DNA of 64,000 bases from the human T2T-CHM13v2.0 reference genome, Homo sapiens (GCF_009914755.1 NC_060937.1), one strand, 5' to 3'. Shown: positions 47,460-62,480, counted from the stretch's first letter. Made by a program: numbers and translations. The notes: a model not told the origin generated them from the sequence alone.

Positions 47460-48711
47460 TAGATCAAGTTTTAATTTTATGGCCAGTAGAGATCTATTTC
47501 AAGGCTCTCTATTTTGTTCTGTTGCTCTATTTATCTACCTTTATGCCAATTTTCTTCTCTTTTGATTCAGATAGGGTTATAATAATAATTATTTTTTCCA
47601 GGGATTAGATGGACCAGGGCTGGTGAAGTTGTTCAAGGGAGTGATCAAGAGCCTGGCTCCTTTCATCCTTCTGTTCCATCTCCTTTGGCTCATGGATTTT
47701 GTTTTCCAAGTGGCAAGATGGCGCCTCCACCTTTGGTATCCTATTTTAGTTCCTGGCAGAAAGAAAGGAACAGGCTAATGGCCCTGATGAGTCTACCCCC
47801 TTTTAACAGGAGAAAATTTAAAAAACAAAAACCATGAAACCCTTTCCCAGAGGCAACAACCAGAATTCCATTTATCTTTCATTGACCAGAACAGACCACA
47901 TGGTCACTGGTGGTGGCAATGGAGACTGGGGAGATGAATATTTTTAAGGTGGCATATTCCAGAAGAACACTGTGCACTGATTGCATTAATGAACCCATTA
48001 ATGTGCCAAGGGGAGGTTTACCTATGAGCATGGGCAAATTAGAACCCACTCTTGGAGCTGCAGGTGAGCCAATCCCACCTAAACAGTGTGGATGCTACAA
48101 GATGGGGAAGTAAATTGATTCTATTCCATACCCTAACCTCTCTCCAAGATGTATTCTTAAAATAGAAGAGGGAAGACAGAAGAAAACATCCAGAATATAT
48201 TTTTATTGTCTTTTACTTCTTCAGTGCATTTTAGATCAGTGCTTCTCAATCTGGCAAGGGGCATGCAGGAGGATGTGAGTTTTATCAGGAAAACTACACA
48301 ACCCCCCAACCACAATGCTACCCCCACTCCTGTGGACCTTCTTTAAGAGAGACTCACTATTATAGATGGAGTTGATACGATTTTAAGAGAGGCCATATAT
48401 TATTTGCTTTCTGTCTTGAAAAACTTGTGATTTTTCTGTATTGTGCTACTGCCAAAGAGAATAGAAACCTGACTGAGGTGTCAATGTTTATGTAACTGAT
48501 TTCATGTACTTTCTGTAGTTCTACCATTTCTGATGGTTAAAAATTTCTTGTGTGTGTGCAGTTGGGGAGTGTGTCCTCCTCCTTCTGCTCTTATACCACA
48601 CATTAGCACATCAAAATGCTCTAATCTTTGTATGATTATGTGGCATGTGGTGATGCAGCCTCACAGTGGGAAAACTTCTCTTGGGCCATTGCAAATGTAA
48701 CATTTCTTTCA

Positions 48712-49227
<516 letters not shown>

Positions 49228-49784
49228 TTTGCAATATCAGCAACAATCTCTTATTCAGACCACTGATTAAGTGTGCAAAATTTGAATCTCTGAACAGTAC
49301 CTATGTCCTTGATATCTTAAATTAATGAGTGTCTTAGACACTCAAAGCAGGAGGAAGCATTATGGCAGATGTTTGAGCCCCAGAGATGTCCATGAGCACA
49401 GCATAGAGCTCAGAGCCTTCTTTATTATTTGCTTCACGACAGAGCAAAGGACTGCAGCAGGTTGACTGATATAAAAGTTTTACCATGTCTCACAGCAGGC
49501 CTTTGCTCAAGTTTCCAGTAAGGATATTGTATCATTTCTTGCCTGCAGTACTTGTAAATCCACTTACACTGCCTGCTGTTGAGTCATTTGTTTCGTCTTG
49601 AGTAGCATGTCATCCTTGTTCCTAGAAGATAGTGAGTTTAGAGACAGTAGCCAAGCAACAGCAGAGCAGCCTCAACCAAAACGATTTTCCATTTTGGTGG
49701 GATGAATTGAAACACAAGCATCTTCTATCCAGGGGAGATTTGGGGATCATAAAGAATCAATCTGAGCTGGTACCACCATATTGG

Positions 49785-50215
49785 CTGCTGCATTTTCTAG
49801 AGTTGCCGTAACTAGTCTCACAAGCTGGGAGGCTTTACACAACAGACATGTATTGTCTCATAGTTCTGGATGCTAGAAATCTGGAATCAAGGCTCCAGGG
49901 GAGAAGCTGCTCCATGGTTTTCTCTTAGCTTCTGGTGTTGCCAGCAATCCCTGGTGTTCCTTGGCCCGCAGGCGGATCACTCCCATCTCTGCCTCCATTG
50001 TCACACGGCATTTTCCCAGTGTGCCTGACTCTGTGTTTCTTCTCATAAGAACATCGGTCATATTGGATTACAGGCCCGTGCTACTCCATTATGACCTCAT
50101 CTTAACTTAAACAATTACATCTGCAGTGATCCTGTTTGCAAATAAGGTCACATTCTGAGGTTCCAGGAATTAGAACATAGACATATCTTTTGGGAACAAA
50201 ATTCCAGTGATAACA
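49785..50215 (-). mobile_element. MLT1C-like MaLR LTR
   Basis: tctcatagttctggatgctagaaatctggaatcaagg...atgacctcatcttaac...aaataaggtcacattctgagg. Confidence 0.8.
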
Positions 50216-50324
50216 GTTTCGGAGACAGACTAGTCCTGGAGTTTGTAAGGTGAGCCAGGACCAAGGTGCCAGGATTCTCATTTTGTAAGGTCCAGGAACA
50301 AAGTGATGTTAATAGAAAGAACAT

Positions 50325-50792
<468 letters not shown>

Positions 50793-51399
50793 AGAAGGAA
50801 TATGTTTCCTTCCAGTCTCACTTGACTGGCTGCTTCCCTAGATAACAACAGAGGATGTCTGTTGCAGTTCTCATTGCTGGGGAGTCTAAACTGGAATAAA
50901 ACACCCACTATCTCCATCAGGCTTGCACTAGAGCCCAGCTCTAGCTGGAGAGAAAGAAGCTAACCCGCACAGACACAGGACTGTAGGCAGGGAGCATCCG
51001 GGGGTATTTGGGTCCTGGCTCTGATGTGCCTAAGGCCAACTTCTCTCTGGCCATGCTGGTGTGCATGAGCTCACTAATCTTCCTTTTTGCCTTCCATTTT
51101 CTCCAATCCTGACTTAGCAAAGGTTGGGCAAAAGAGACTCTGTGTGAGTTCGAGCAAAGCCTGAGATGCTGGATTTTCCAAGATACGAGAAGGGGCTGGG
51201 GGCTGGGTGAACTGGTGGTGGAGGAAGGAAGGATTAATTTCCCAAGGAGGGGAAGGGGCCAGGACATCAGGCCCCGGGGACTTTGAAGAGAGGGTCGTGG
51301 GTAGGAGGTAGATCAAGTGGAGTGACACAAAGGTCAGGAAAGAGGAAGTGTCCACACTGTCCTTCGACAGACTTGAGTCTATGGGACTTCCTCCCTGCA

Positions 51400-51820
51400 C
51401 GGTACAAGGAAATGAGTAAGTGAGATAATGTTGTAACTTCTGGCCCTCTGACATTGCACTGCCCCGATGTCACAGTTGGAAACTGTACCTGCCCCCATCC
51501 TTGTCTGGGGTGTGTTTGGTCTGGGGAGGGCTGGTGAAGCAAGAGGTACTCAGAAAAAGGACAGAAATTGCTTCCTATTATCTGGGCATTTGGAGGTGAA
51601 GGGGTCACAGCTCTGGCAAAGATGGGGTTGAAAGGGCCCGGACTCCAGGGAGGGGCAGCTCTGCATGGCCTGATTCCTGCACCCCACCTTTGCCCCCTCA
51701 CACCTCCTCTCATCTCCCGTTTTTGAAGAGGAGGACCCTGTCACATCTGGACAATTCTGCAAGAACTCTGTAGAACTGACTTCACTGTGAACCAGGCTCC
51801 AGAAGTCAACAGAAACAAAA
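51400..51820 (+). promoter_or_regulatory. ALOX5AP: Inferred distal promoter / 5' UTR of the ALOX5AP long variant
   Basis: Unique non-repeat sequence upstream of the ATG. A TSS near ~51.5 kb is recalled from annotation and is not visible; no TATA box or CpG island. Confidence 0.45.
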
Positions 51821-51936
51821 ATGCTCACATTTAATCACGATGCTCCCTGGCATACACAGAAGACTCTGAAAACTTCTGAATTTGGGAAATCCTTTGGCAC
51901 CTTGGGGCACATTGGGAACATAAGCCATCAGTGCTG
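51821..51936 (+). CDS. ALOX5AP: Coding part (116 nt, phase 2) of the distal alternative first exon of ALOX5AP (FLAP), N-terminally extended isoform; partial CDS
   Basis: Seen: ATG with A at -3, in-frame upstream TGA at 51788-51790, donor CTG|GTATGT at 51936/51937. Recalled: MLTFNHDAPWHTQKTLKTSEFGKSFGTLGHIGNISHQCW starts the long ALOX5AP isoform ahead of the canonical MDQETVG start, and a tRNA-Asn gene lies ~40 kb upstream on 13q12.3. Confidence 0.85.
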
Positions 51937-53214
51937 GTATGTGTGTGTGTGTGCGCGCACACGCGCATGTGTGTGCATCTTCTACCATGCCTCCTACAAA
52001 TTTGACCTGGGCCCAGGGCCATGTTCGGTGGTTTTTAAGAACCGAGGCTCCCAGAAGCAGTATTGGGCAGCTAGAGTGGCCCCAGGATCTATATCAAACT
52101 CTACCTGTTTCTGAACCAAATTTCTTCTAGAATTTTATTCCATAAATCTGAATTATGGTGTCAGACTCCTAGCATACACTAAATGAACTCTCTGCCTTGC
52201 ATTAAATAACAGGAGTTACCCCTGGAGGTAACTCCTAGCCCTGGCTCTTTAGAGAACAGATGCCGAATAGGCATTAGGGGATGTGATGGATGTGCTAACT
52301 TTCAAAAAAAAAAAAAAAAAAGGCCTGAGCTGAGTGCTCAGAGATTCACAAAAAGCTGACAGCATCTCTCTGTTCCATTGGAAGCTGGGTGATCCTTTCT
52401 ACTCTTTCCTGAGAAAGGCAGTTGGGCAGGAAAAAGCTGTATCTCTGTCCTCACTGAGAGGGTTTCCCAGTCTGAGGGTGAAGGATCAGGAGAGGGAGAC
52501 CTGACGGGTCGATGTGGGGCATCATCCACTTGAGTGAGAACCAGAGGGATCCCGTCATTGCCCAGGGCAGATGCTCCATTTTGGGGGGCATCATTCATTC
52601 TTTCCTGTTCTCCCTGCATTCCTCTGGCTCCTGCCCAGGAGAGGTGGCCGCTGGCAAGAGAGCTTGGTGGAGGTGGGAGGTGGGAGGTGGGGGGTGGGGG
52701 GTGGGGAGTTCTTGAGCCAGGACCTAGCGCATAGTCTTCAGCCTGCTGATGGCTGTCTTGGATGCTTCAAAGGGGAGAAGATCCTAGATGTGGGAAACAT
52801 TGGTGGGCGTTCTGCTGGGGCATCTGTAGCCTCTGAGAAGGCTACCAGTCTCTCCTAAGCTTACGCCGTCACACCCTGGGCACTTGTTGAATGACTTTAC
52901 TTAGCTTACAGCCTCTGGTTCCTGTTGGGAAACTTAGGGCTTGCCACAGTGTTCATTTTCCTTTGCGGGCAACTCCGTTCCTGGCACTTATCATATTACC
53001 CACTGTACTCCCCGCTTAGAGCTGTGTCAAGGTTCTGAGAATCTATCCCTTGGCTTGGAAGGGGTCATCTCTCTGGCCAGATCATTTCCTGATAGGTCCT
53101 GAGGCACCACAACACATAGGAGGCTTGTCCTCTCTCTGGGGTTCACTGCCTTGCTCCTTCTCCAGGTCAATATGTGACCTTGGACCGGTTGCTTGAGTCC
53201 CCTGGTCATTCAGA

Positions 53215-53460
53215 AACAATTGGGTTTCCCTGGCTTTGGAGCCTGGCAGCCTGGCTTTGAGAACCGGGCTTTAACTTGTCACATGACTATGGCCAAGTTC
53301 CTGGGGCTCTCCAAGCTTCACTTCCTCTGTAAAAAGGGCAATAATATAATACCTGTCTTATTGGGTTTTGTCCATGTTAGATGAGACATTGGGTACAAAG
53401 CACTTGGTCCCGTGCCTGGCACATTTACTGCGCTTAATGTATGATAGTTTTCTTATTATT
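53215..53460 (+). mobile_element. MIR
   Basis: atgactatggccaagttc...cttcacttcctctgtaaaaagggcaataat...gtgcctggcaca. Confidence 0.7.
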
Positions 53461-54479
53461 CTAATAAACAATATGGCTTTGGGAGTATAGTTCTGCCACA
53501 TTGCAGTGGCCAGAGTGAAGGTGGTGAGTGCCTTCTGGGGCCCTGGGAGTCAAGGTTATCCGCATGCCCTTTCTTGCTTGCTCCTCAGTGTGGCTGCCTC
53601 TATGTCCACACCATGCAGATGCAACAGGTAGTTTGAACCTCTGAGGCCCACAGTGGGATGGGGAGGCAGGGACATCACTTATGGGGTGGGAAGTCACCCA
53701 TTCCCCAGGAAATGGCCCCAGCTGCCTTTTCCATGACTCCTCTTGAAACCCTGTGGAGGCCACATTCGTGTTGGGGCGGTCTTTCCCATGAGGATATGTT
53801 CAGATGCCGAGGCATTTTGAAAAGCCCTCCATAGAGTTTCCTTTCATAACACATGATCATCCCCTTGGGCTTCTGGTTTTTTTTCTTTCAGGACCTTATT
53901 TTCAGGCAAGTGGCCTTTGACCTCTAAGGCTGTCCTTTCCTAGCTACCGAATCCAGCATTCAAAGTGATGGAAATATGTATATATAGTAATAGTAAAATA
54001 TCAGCACTTAATGGCCTGATAAGAATGTCACTGCAATGCTGAGTTTGGACCAACATTTGCCTGCTCCTGCCATTGAGCCCGGGCTCCCCTCCAGAGCTGA
54101 GCTGCTGCAAGGGATCTGAGTAACTAGGGCTGTGTCAGAGTGGCGATGACAGCCACCACATGCTAAGGAAGAGATCCCCAAGGACAAGGAGAATCCCACG
54201 TGGAGCTACTTGCTTCTTTGTCAGTCTTGTTTTTCTTATTTCACAACCTTCTAAAACACAATCTCTCAACCTCTATTGTTAGCTTGCATTTTTCAATCAT
54301 GAGCACAGCTTTACCTGGCTCCATGCTTTGATTGACTCTACCTGCCAACACTGCAACAACAGGGAAAGGGACACCGGCCTCATACCATTAGATGGTGTGT
54401 AGCCTGGGCATGAGGATAATTAAAAACTCCCAAGGGGATTTTAACATGTAACACAGTTTGGAAACCATTGATGTAAGAT

Positions 54480-54628
54480 CTTCTTACTCAACATGTGCTC
54501 CAAGGAGCTGTTGTATCAGCTTATCAGAAATGTAGATCAGGCCGCACTTGGACCTGTAGAATCAGAATCTGCATTTTATCAGATTCCGACATTATTTGTA
54601 TGAACATTAGCTTTTGAGAAGTGTTGCT
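54480..54628. mobile_element. MER5-like hAT MITE
   Basis: agaaatgtagatc...gaatcagaatctgcatttta...tttgagaag. Confidence 0.65.
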
Positions 54629-56035
54629 TTAAGAGACTAAGGGGGTCAATCTACCTCACTTTGCAGCTCTGTGTTCCTTAGTCATTGGCTAAAATATCAG
54701 CCCCCCTGCAATGAGCCATCCTCCCTTGTATAGTCAGTGATGGCCTGTGAACCTTTAGCCAACTGGAAGTGGGAGGGGACACAGTCCACAAAACACTATC
54801 CTGACTTTTGACACCAACTACAAGTCAAGGGGTTCCCCAAACCACCCTGAGTTGTGATAATTCGCTGGGAGATCTGACAGAACTCACTGAAGGTTGTTAT
54901 ACTCATGGTTGTGATCTCTTATAGGGAGGGAATACAGATTAAAATCAGCCAAAGGAAGAAGCACACAGCACAGAGTCCAGGACAGTGCCTGACATGGAGC
55001 CCCTACGGTCCTCTCCCGTGGAGTCACGGACAGCGCCACTCTCCTGGCATTGATGTGTGACAACACACAGGGAGTGTTCCCCACCAGGGAAGCCTTGGTG
55101 TCCAGGGTCTTTACTGTGGCTCTGTCACATGAGCACAGCTGACTGCCCATGCGGCCGATCTGTTCCCAGACTCTCCACCGCTACACATCACTCACAGTCC
55201 CTGCTCTAAATCACACACCATGACCCAATGTCCCCGGGCAAATGAAAACACCTCTAGCAGGCAGGACGTTCCAAAGCCTTAGAGATCACCTCTCAGAAGC
55301 TGAGGGCAGAAGCCAGACCTCTTTTTGGGCAGGGTTAAATTCTTTATTACTGTTTTTGAAAAAACTCCCAAATTGAGTTTTTCCTCTTCACTTACAGCAG
55401 CATAACAACAATCATCAATGCAGAAGACTTCTGCGAGCAAAGGTGTGGGGGAAAACCCCAAGCAGTGGACACTAGCTGGTGTCCTCCAATTTGATTCTGA
55501 TGCTGTCTACTGGGAGATAGTGTCAGATCCTCAAGCCTAAACCCTCCTTCTCCCAGTCAGAGGGCTGGCCTTTGGAACTTCTGACCAATCCACTTCAAGT
55601 TGAGGTTCCAACCACTCCGCTCTTTGGGTTTGGTTGATTTGCTAGAGTGGCTCACAGAACTCAGGGAAACACAGCTACCAGTTTATTGCGAAGGACATTT
55701 TAAAGGATAAAAGTAGGCAGATAAAGAGATGCATAGGGCGAGGTGTGGAAAGGTCCCTAGTGCAGGAGCTTCTGTCCATGTGGAGCGGGGGTGCACCACC
55801 CTCTCAGTACATGAATGAGTTCTCCTTCACCTGCCTATCAGCCTCTACATGTTCAGCTCCCCAACCCAGTCCTCTTGGGTTTTTATGGAAGCTTCAAGAC
55901 ACCCACATTCTTTCCCCAGAGTATAGGGCAAGACCTTCTCTGGGGAGGGTTTTAAGACCCACAGTCAGAAAGGTGGGGTGGGGTCAAGATTAGAGTCCTG
56001 CCTTGACGGGCAGGTGAAAGGGGTAGGGGGAGTAG

Positions 56036-56383
<348 letters not shown>

Positions 56384-56476
56384 TGAGGTCTAACACACTC
56401 AACATTATAACAAGACTGTAGTAAGGGCTATGGGAGTTATGAGCCAGGAACTGTGGATGAAAACCTATCACAGATA

Positions 56477-56479
<3 letters not shown>

Positions 56480-56507
<28 letters not shown>
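56480..56507. repeat. (AT)14 microsatellite
   Basis: Read directly. Confidence 0.9.
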
Positions 56508-56510
<3 letters not shown>

Positions 56511-57966
56511 TATCTATAATAACTCCACAACTACACACTGCCTTATTGCTCAGTTCTTCTCTCCATGTCTCTGACCCACCCTTGCCCCCTTCCTCCATCC
56601 TTTTCTCCATTGCATACCCATCCACTGTGCCCTTTGGAATGCTCACACCATGAACTGCAAACTCTCGTGTGGCTTCAGCCTCTTCTCTGAAAGTTCCTCT
56701 CACCTATTACTTTCTCTGGAACCTGCCATCCCTGCCACCTTCTCAAAAAAGGCCTTTTATTCTCTTCATTCCACAAAGCTCAGTGTCAAAACATGGGGTT
56801 TACACTGGAAGCTGAGGTCACATCAGTAGCCGGGATCAGGGTCGCCCTAGCTGCCCAATGCAGCTCCCAGGCCTCCTGTAAAACCTTGACCTTTGAGGTC
56901 ATGACAGCCCTCTCCTGCTATGCTCATAGCTGACCACTGAACTCCTGGACACTCCCTCCCCCAAGTTCACAGAGAATGTGGGCACATGCCTTACAGTCTT
57001 CCCTTGATCCAAACTACTGCCTTCATCTTGAGTGACAGCAGCATCTTTTGGATGTCTTGGCCTGTCTAGCTTTATTTTTTTGTGTTCTGCCATCAAGTTG
57101 CTACTTCTGTTGCCATCGTGCCTGTCAGCGCAGTGCAGGCTGTGGTGAAATCCCACGAACTCAGGCATCACACTGACCGGGTCTGAGTCCTGTCTCAGTT
57201 GTCAGCTAGTTGTGCAATGAAGGGAAAGGGACCTACACTTTCCAAGCCTCAATTCACTCATCTATGGCATGGTGACAATAATGGAGGTTGATTTAAAGTC
57301 CTTTGTAAGAATTAAGAGTTATAATAGACATAAAGTGCTGTATCTGGTATACCTAGAAAACATTCCATAAAAGTTAGTAATTGTTGGTCATGTAATGATG
57401 ACTCTCTAGGCTAGGATTTCAGCTTCATTGCATGCACATGGTGCACTCACAGGGCGTGACCTCTCTCTGTCTCAGTAACCTCATCTGAGGACCGGGATAA
57501 TCATACCGCTTCAAAGGGATGTCATAAAGATTAAATAATATGTGTAAGGCTGCTTGCATTTAGCTGCATTCAACAAATATTTCTGTATCTTTCTCCTCAT
57601 TTCTCCTTACTTTCTTGCTTATTATCTGCTCTAGGTATAGATTTCAGAGAACTAAGCTTGTTACAATCCTTCATAAAATAACCAGGTTGGTTAGGGCATT
57701 TCCAAGAGTCAATACTGTTTAGTGACTATTCTCTGTTTAATCTCTTTTGATTGTCCAGGGTCATCTTTTGCTATGTCATAGGTTGTTGGCTTCTTCTAGA
57801 GAAGTGAGACGATGGACAAGTTCCAAGTGAGTGAGGCGACTGGTCAGGATATTCCGCTGAAAAACTCATGTCAGTTCTAATTCGTGATTGTAATTCAATC
57901 ACAGCCTGAGAACAGTAGGACTGTAGTTCAAATGCTCTGTTCCCTTTTTTTTTTCCCAGAGGATAA

Positions 57967-58260
<294 letters not shown>

Positions 58261-59639
58261 TCTAGAGGATAATTTTTAAATGTGCTTTTGCATTTGGAAA
58301 ATGTGATTGGCATTTTTTTCTAATTTTCTAATATGATACGCTGTCGGATGCTATGGATTACTTAAACCCTCTGGCTACCTAGAAAGATCTTTAAGTGGTT
58401 CTCAACAAGCTTCATACGCAATGTAAATTGTATTATCTCTCAGGATGTGTGAGAACATCTGTTTTTCTTCTAATGCAGTAAACATATAAGGGTCTCTTGG
58501 GATATCTTTTAAATAGACTTAATACAACATTCAGGAATGATAACAAAATATAATCACAGTTGTAAGGGAATGTGAGCATTTCATATTAATAACATTGGAA
58601 CCTTATGTTTAATACAGTGTTAAAAGTTGACAAACATGTAGGAGTCAGAAAATTCAATTAAAATTATCACAGTAATATGAATTTAGCCACATCCTGTGTT
58701 AGTTATGAAATCCATTTAACACCACAAACAGTAATATTTTTAGCCAGTTTATTCAAAAGGAAAACAGGAACTAAACCACTTTCATGCAATATATACTCTG
58801 TTAATGTGGTCAGGCTAATTTTGCTGGGGGAAGGAACTTAACTTTTGAATATTTGAATGCCCAGTCATTTAATCTGAATATCCTATTTCCTTGCATGTTG
58901 CAAAATTTTTGTCAATAAAAGGCAGAAAAAGAAATCTCTTCTCCATGCTCATCCCTAAGAGAATGGGTTGTCTGTACCCTGAGAGCATTTTATGGAGGGG
59001 ACAACCACTTTTCTAATTTTCCTTCCCACTTCTCTGTGGGCACAAATGCTCTTTGGTTGAAAGAGTTGTAATTCAGTCCCAAGATGAGGTGTGGTTACTG
59101 CATCCCTAACCTATATCTGGGGACCCCACAGCCACACACATGGGGGAAATGGAGCTTGTCATTCAGTTCTCCAGCCATTGCACAGGGTTCATGGACTCTT
59201 CGTTGATCCCACCCCACGCTTCTTCTCTCTGCTAGCCGAACACACTTCTCTCTTCTTTATCAGGAGGCCATAGGAGAAGGGCATTCATTTTTAATACACA
59301 TACATCTGCATCAAGTCTAATTTTGCCATGTCTCAATCCAACTGTCAAATGGGTTGTTTGGGGGCTATGGTGCTTATCAAACATTTACTCAAGAATAGCC
59401 AAAATTAGCCAAGCAAGGAGAACTTCAGCAACATTCCCAAATGGCCCCAACCAAGTACTGTAAGACTGAGGATAGCTAAAGGGTCTTGAGAGGGACTTCT
59501 CAGGCAGTGGCCCCGACATTTATCTGTTTTTTTAAGTGAGAAATCTGAGTACCATTCTTGACTCCTCTTCCTTACCCCCAACCCCTCACTAAGCCTTGTG
59601 CTACTATTTAGTAAACAGACCCTCAATGCACAAACTTCT

Positions 59640-60060
59640 GTCTAAGGCCATGGCCACCACCCTAGTCTAATCCACCATCTCTTCTCTGGAACAGACCCCA
59701 GCTGCTCTCCCTGTCTCTGTGCTGGTCTCTCAATCCATGCTCCACACTGCAGCCAGAGTGCTCTACAATGCAAATCCATTTGTGAGACTCCTCCTCTTAA
59801 AATCCTCAAGTGGCTTCTCTTTGCCCCCAGGATCATTTTGAAACTCCTTAATGGAAGAGGCATGGCCCTTTGGGATGTGGTTCCCCAACCCCTCCCACAT
59901 CATCTTTTCAATCAGATTTCCCACTAAATGGAAATTTTTTCAGGTCCTCAACTTTATGGTGACTTTCTCTTGCTCAGGATCTTTGAACATACTGTTTCTT
60001 CTTTCCTTTTGTATTTGCCAAGACAACACTTCCTCTGGTAAGATTTTCCTGACATCCTCT
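59640..60060 (+). mobile_element. L2 fragment
   Basis: ccaccaccctagtctaatccaccatc...tccacactgcagccagagtg...cttaaaatcctcaagtggctt. Confidence 0.7.
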
Positions 60061-60741
60061 ATAAAAAAAGATTGAGATAGTTGACTACCCAAAATGTTTC
60101 CCATTCATTCCAAGCTCTATTCAAGGCAGTAAAGTGCCCGGCTGACAGATTGCATTCCTCATCTTTTCTGAAGCTAGCAATGGCCATGCAACAGCATTCT
60201 GGCCAATAAGATAGAAGTCGAAGTTGAAGGGTGGGATTTCCAAGAAAGCTCGTTGAAGACATAATTCCTCATTTCACTTCTTACTCTTTCTCTTTCCTGC
60301 TTCCTAAAATGCGGTGCAGATGGCAGACACTTCAAAGCTGTCTCAGGCAATCAGGTGATGTTAAGGCAGAAACCAGCTTTATGATGGGTAGAACAGGAAG
60401 AAAGAAGGCACCTATGTTCTTGTTCACCTTGAACCACACCAGCACTGCCTTGCCTACCCCTGGAATTCCTTTAATGAGAGGCAAATGAGAGCTTACGTGT
60501 TTAAGCCATTGCTATTTTATTTTTTTTTGTTTATATGCAAAAGAACTTAATCCTAACTGATATTAACACTAACTGGGTCTATTGCTTGGTACCAAGCCAA
60601 TGCATGACACATGGTATATATGCTCAGTAAGTATTTGTTGAATGAGTGAGGCAATGAAAGAACATAGAGGATATATATAACAGTCCTCCTGCCCAGATGT
60701 CATCTGATCCTCTTTAGGATCTGGGCCCATAAAACTGTATC

Positions 60742-61162
60742 TGATATAGTTTGAATATTTGTTCCCTACAAATCTCATGTTGACATTTTATCCCTAATAT
60801 TGGAGGCAGGGCCTAGTAGGAGGTGTTTTGGTCATAGTGATAAATGGCTTGGTGCCGTTCTCACAGTAACGAGTGAGTTTTTATTCTAGTGGTTCCTGCA
60901 AGAACTGATTGTTAAAAGAGCTTGGATCCTTCCACCCCTCTCTCACTCTTGCTTCCTCTCTCACACCTTGTAATCTCTACAAGCTCTTCACCTCCCCTTC
61001 TCCTTTTGCCATAAGTGGAAGATTTCTGAGGCCTCACCAGAAGCAGATGTTGGTTCCATGCTTCTTGTACAGCCTGCAGAACCATGAGCCAAATCAACTT
61101 CTTTTCTTTATAATTATCCAGTCTCAGGTATTCCTTTATAGCAACACAAATGGACTAAGACA
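60742..61162 (+). mobile_element. MSTB-like MaLR solo LTR, full length
   Basis: tgatatagtttg...caaatctcatgttg...cagcctgcagaaccatgagccaa...aaatggactaagaca; 5-bp TSD gtatc/gtttc. Confidence 0.88.
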
Positions 61163-61865
61163 GTTTCTAATGCTATGGTTCCTTTAGTAGGTCAGTGTAA
61201 AACCCTGGATCACTCCTGTAACAAATTACTTGGAACTCTTCTCACCATACATATTTAAAAATAGTTGCCATGTTGAAAATCCTATAAGATCATATTTTAT
61301 TTCAAATCCAACAACTCATTGCTAAGGAGATACAAGAAGCAGAAAATACAGAGAGACTAATGTGTTGATGATTTTTGTGAGGGACATAAGGTCTGTGTCT
61401 AGATTCATTTTTTTGCATGTGGATGTCCAGTTGTTCCAGCACCATTTGTTGAAAAGACTATCTTTGCTCCACTGTATTGCTTTTTCTCCTTTGTCATAGA
61501 TATCTGGTCACCTTACCTTAGAGTCACAGATGAATGGTCCTATTACTTAACTACTGAAAATACAGGCCAAAGCAAACAGAGGAATAAGGGATATATAATA
61601 AAGTATTTGTGTACTTGACTTGGCTCTAAAGGAAGCATTGCGTGTCTGTGTAAAAAGAATGGGTGAGAGTTTTCCACCATTCAATATTTCTAATCTTTCT
61701 GAAATACAAAGCCAGGACATCCTCTAATCCATACATTCCATAGTTTGGTTAATATAAATTCCTTTATTAAATCCTTATTAAATAAAGTTATTTATGTTTC
61801 TATGAAACTCATTTTAACTCCTAAGTGAAAAATACTACTGAGCTAACTAAACATCAAACATTTTT

Positions 61866-62000
61866 AATTTTTTAAATTTTTTTAGAGACAGGGTCTTGCT
61901 ATGTTGCCCAGGCTGGCTTTGAACTCCTGTGCTCAAGCGATCCTCCAAACTCAGCCTCCCGAGTAGCTGGGACTACAGGTGCATGCCACTGTGCTCAGCT
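61866..62000 (-). mobile_element. Monomeric Alu (FLAM/FAM-like)
   Basis: agggtcttgctatgttgcccaggctgg...gagtagctgggactacagg; TSD aaacattttt at 61856-61865 and 62001-62010. Confidence 0.85.
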
Positions 62001-62019
62001 AAACATTTTTTTGAAATGC

Positions 62020-62480
62020 TCTTTTAAAATCAATTTTATTGAAGTATAAGTTACATACCATAAAAGTACTCATTTTGAGTGTACAGATTGACAAGTTCTG
62101 ACAAATGTGAACAACCATGTAACCATCACCAAAAATAAAGATATGAGACATTTCCATTACCCCAAAAAGTTCCCGTGTCCCTCTCCAGTCAATATCCAGC
62201 CCTAGCCCCAGCTCCAGGCAACCACCAATCTGCTTTCTGTTGCTATAAATTGTACTTATCTTTTCTAGTGTTTCATACAAATGGAATCATACAGCATTTA
62301 CTCTTTTGTGTCTGTCTTCTTCTGCTCAGTGTAATGTTTTTGAGATTCATCTATGTTCTGTGCCTCAGTAGTTTGTTCTTTTTATTACTGGATAATTCCA
62401 TTATAAGAATATACCACAATTTGTTTATCCATTTACTGCCTGATGGGCATTTGGTTGTTTCCAGCTTTGAACTATTTTGA
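62020..62480 (-). mobile_element. Old L1M 3' end
   Basis: caattttattgaagtataag...ccaggcaaccaccaatctgctttctg...atggaatcatacagcat. Confidence 0.8.

Noticed and set aside
51937-52114. Continuation of the 97-aa ORF past the ALOX5AP donor
   Set aside because: After CTG|GTATGT the frame runs through a GT repeat (VCVCARTRACVC), so I treat it as intron.
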